A stretch of 64,000 nucleotides of DNA from Ignavibacteriota bacterium (GTDB lineage: Bacteria > Bacteroidota > Ignavibacteria > UBA10030 > CAVZMI01), in the NCBI GenBank assembly GCA_963835935.1, contig CAWIHK010000005.1:186467-250466 (forward strand), in the 5' to 3' direction. The position numbers and the translations under genes are program-made. Positions within the stretch are counted from its first letter, which is position 1. Every line of letters begins with the position of its first letter. Positions 62,760 to 64,000 of this stretch are shown in pieces. The notes beneath the pieces are model-generated. The model was not told where the DNA came from, ran no database searches, and worked only from the letters and a program-made list of their open reading frames with translations.

Positions 62760-64000
62760 TTACTTCTTGAATTGAATTAGTAATAAAACTATGGTAGCAA
62801 CATTTCCTACAATAGCTAACACTGTCCCAATCCTCTGCACGTATCCCCAAAAACTTAGTGGTACATTCTTTGGCACATAAATATAATCACCGGGCTCCAA
62901 TGTGACATCATTCTTATGTTTTGTCACCCAGTTCATTTCTTTTCCTTTAATGATGATTGCCGAACCCTCGCTTCGGGCAATTTCAGTAAGCCCTCCGGCT
63001 TTTTCTATATAATAAGAATAATCCTTACCAGGTTCGTACTTCAAATAGCCGGCCTTTTCAACCTGTCCGAAAACATAAATATAATCGAATTTCTGGGGCA
63101 CGATGATGAAGTCCCCTTCTTTAACCATGAATGTACTCTCATCCGATTTGGGATCATCAAGTTTGGTAAAATCTACCAGACATTCGGACTGAAGCATACG
63201 TAGATTATTATCGACGCCAAATATTAGTGAATCTTCCTTGTCAAGTGTATTCAAACGCACTATTTTAAGCTGCTTTTCCTCCTGATACAATCTCCAATGG
63301 TTTCCAGACCCTTTGATTGAATCAGTTGACTCAAGAAAATCATGCTCAATCTGAGATTTTCTTAAAATTTCTCCTGCATCTAAATCACGAATTATTTCGG
63401 CATGGCGTAAATCCGCATTCGGAGTAAAACCTCCCGCCTTCTTTATGACATCGATAAGAGGAGAACCGTCTTTTGCAACATAGACTAAACCGGGCTGACG
63501 AACCTCTCCAAGAACATTTACTGAATAATTTTTCCGCTCATTTTCAGCCGCAATGATCTTAATTCTGTCCCCGCACCGAAGATCCGTATTATCGCTCAAA
63601 GAAACCCGGATAATTTCCTCCTTCGTTCCTGTGTTATCAAGCCGGGATATCTCGGCGGAAGAAGCACTATCGTATATCGGATTAATTCCACCGGCAAAGA
63701 GAATCGCGTCCGAGAGTTTGTCCCCTCCCACAAATTGAAACTTCGTTGGTTTATTTACTGCACCGCTGATATCTATTATATTCTTTTCTGTATCGAAGGA
63801 TGGAAATATAATGACATCGTCATTCTGCAGATATGGATTATTGGCAAAATCACCAGTTATGCGAAATTTCAATAAGTCTAATTTCAGTACTTCACCATTT
63901 GCTCTCTTTAATACAATACCTCTTAGTGCAAACCTATTCAATTCTTTTGAAATCAATTTTATATTTTCTGTGGTAGTTACGGATCCTGTTGCTTTCTGCT
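62760..64000 (-). CDS. SLBB-repeat polysaccharide export protein (5' end outside window)
   Basis: Repeated GxV..P...AGG SLBB motifs; frame stays open to the window edge. Confidence 0.88.
   Translation of the reverse strand, partial: QKATGSVTTTENIKLISKELNRFALRGIVLKRANGEVLKLDLLKFRITGDFANNPYLQNDDVIIFPSFDTEKNIIDISGAVNKPTKFQFVGGDKLSDAILFAGGINPIYDSASSAEISRLDNTGTKEEIIRVSLSDNTDLRCGDRIKIIAAENERKNYSVNVLGEVRQPGLVYVAKDGSPLIDVIKKAGGFTPNADLRHAEIIRDLDAGEILRKSQIEHDFLESTDSIKGSGNHWRLYQEEKQLKIVRLNTLDKEDSLIFGVDNNLRMLQSECLVDFTKLDDPKSDESTFMVKEGDFIIVPQKFDYIYVFGQVEKAGYLKYEPGKDYSYYIEKAGGLTEIARSEGSAIIIKGKEMNWVTKHKNDVTLEPGDYIYVPKNVPLSFWGYVQRIGTVLAIVGNVATIVLLLIQFKK

Overview
Window from a Bacteroidota/Chlorobi-Ignavibacteria-type bacterium (inference: three proteins end in the T9SS sorting domain NYPNPFNPxT...KKxxxxK). 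Left (1-14.7 kb): housekeeping/signalling genes (copA-copZ, dinB, an EF-P paralog, rsmA, PAP2, TonB-parvulin fusion, GAF-GGDEF, DksA/TraR-like, aminotransferase, MCP). 15-17.4 kb: tRNA cluster (Arg, His, Glu) with a partial tRNA-His duplicate and a frameshifted four-helix-bundle cassette, then ~1.4 kb of non-coding DNA holding a periodic four-unit hairpin array and a 4x23-bp tandem repeat, upstream of a 1180-aa T9SS surface protein. 21-22 kb: Y1 transposase with REP-like flanks. 22-44.7 kb: beta-mannan/galactomannan degradation locus (GH9, 2x GH2, epimerase-GH26 fusion, 3x GH5, GH26, GH27, galT), containing a complete group II intron inserted inside a stop codon. 45-50.4 kb: frameshifted hybrid kinase, CapA, IS4 with 9-bp TSD. 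50.7-64 kb: Wzx/Wzy polysaccharide cluster with gene remnants. Best novelty candidates: the covarying hairpin array (16317-16573), the intron apparently targeting T9SS-gene stop codons, and the tRNA-His fragment carrying a palindromic D-loop insert. Several small indels may be sequencing errors; no database searches were run.
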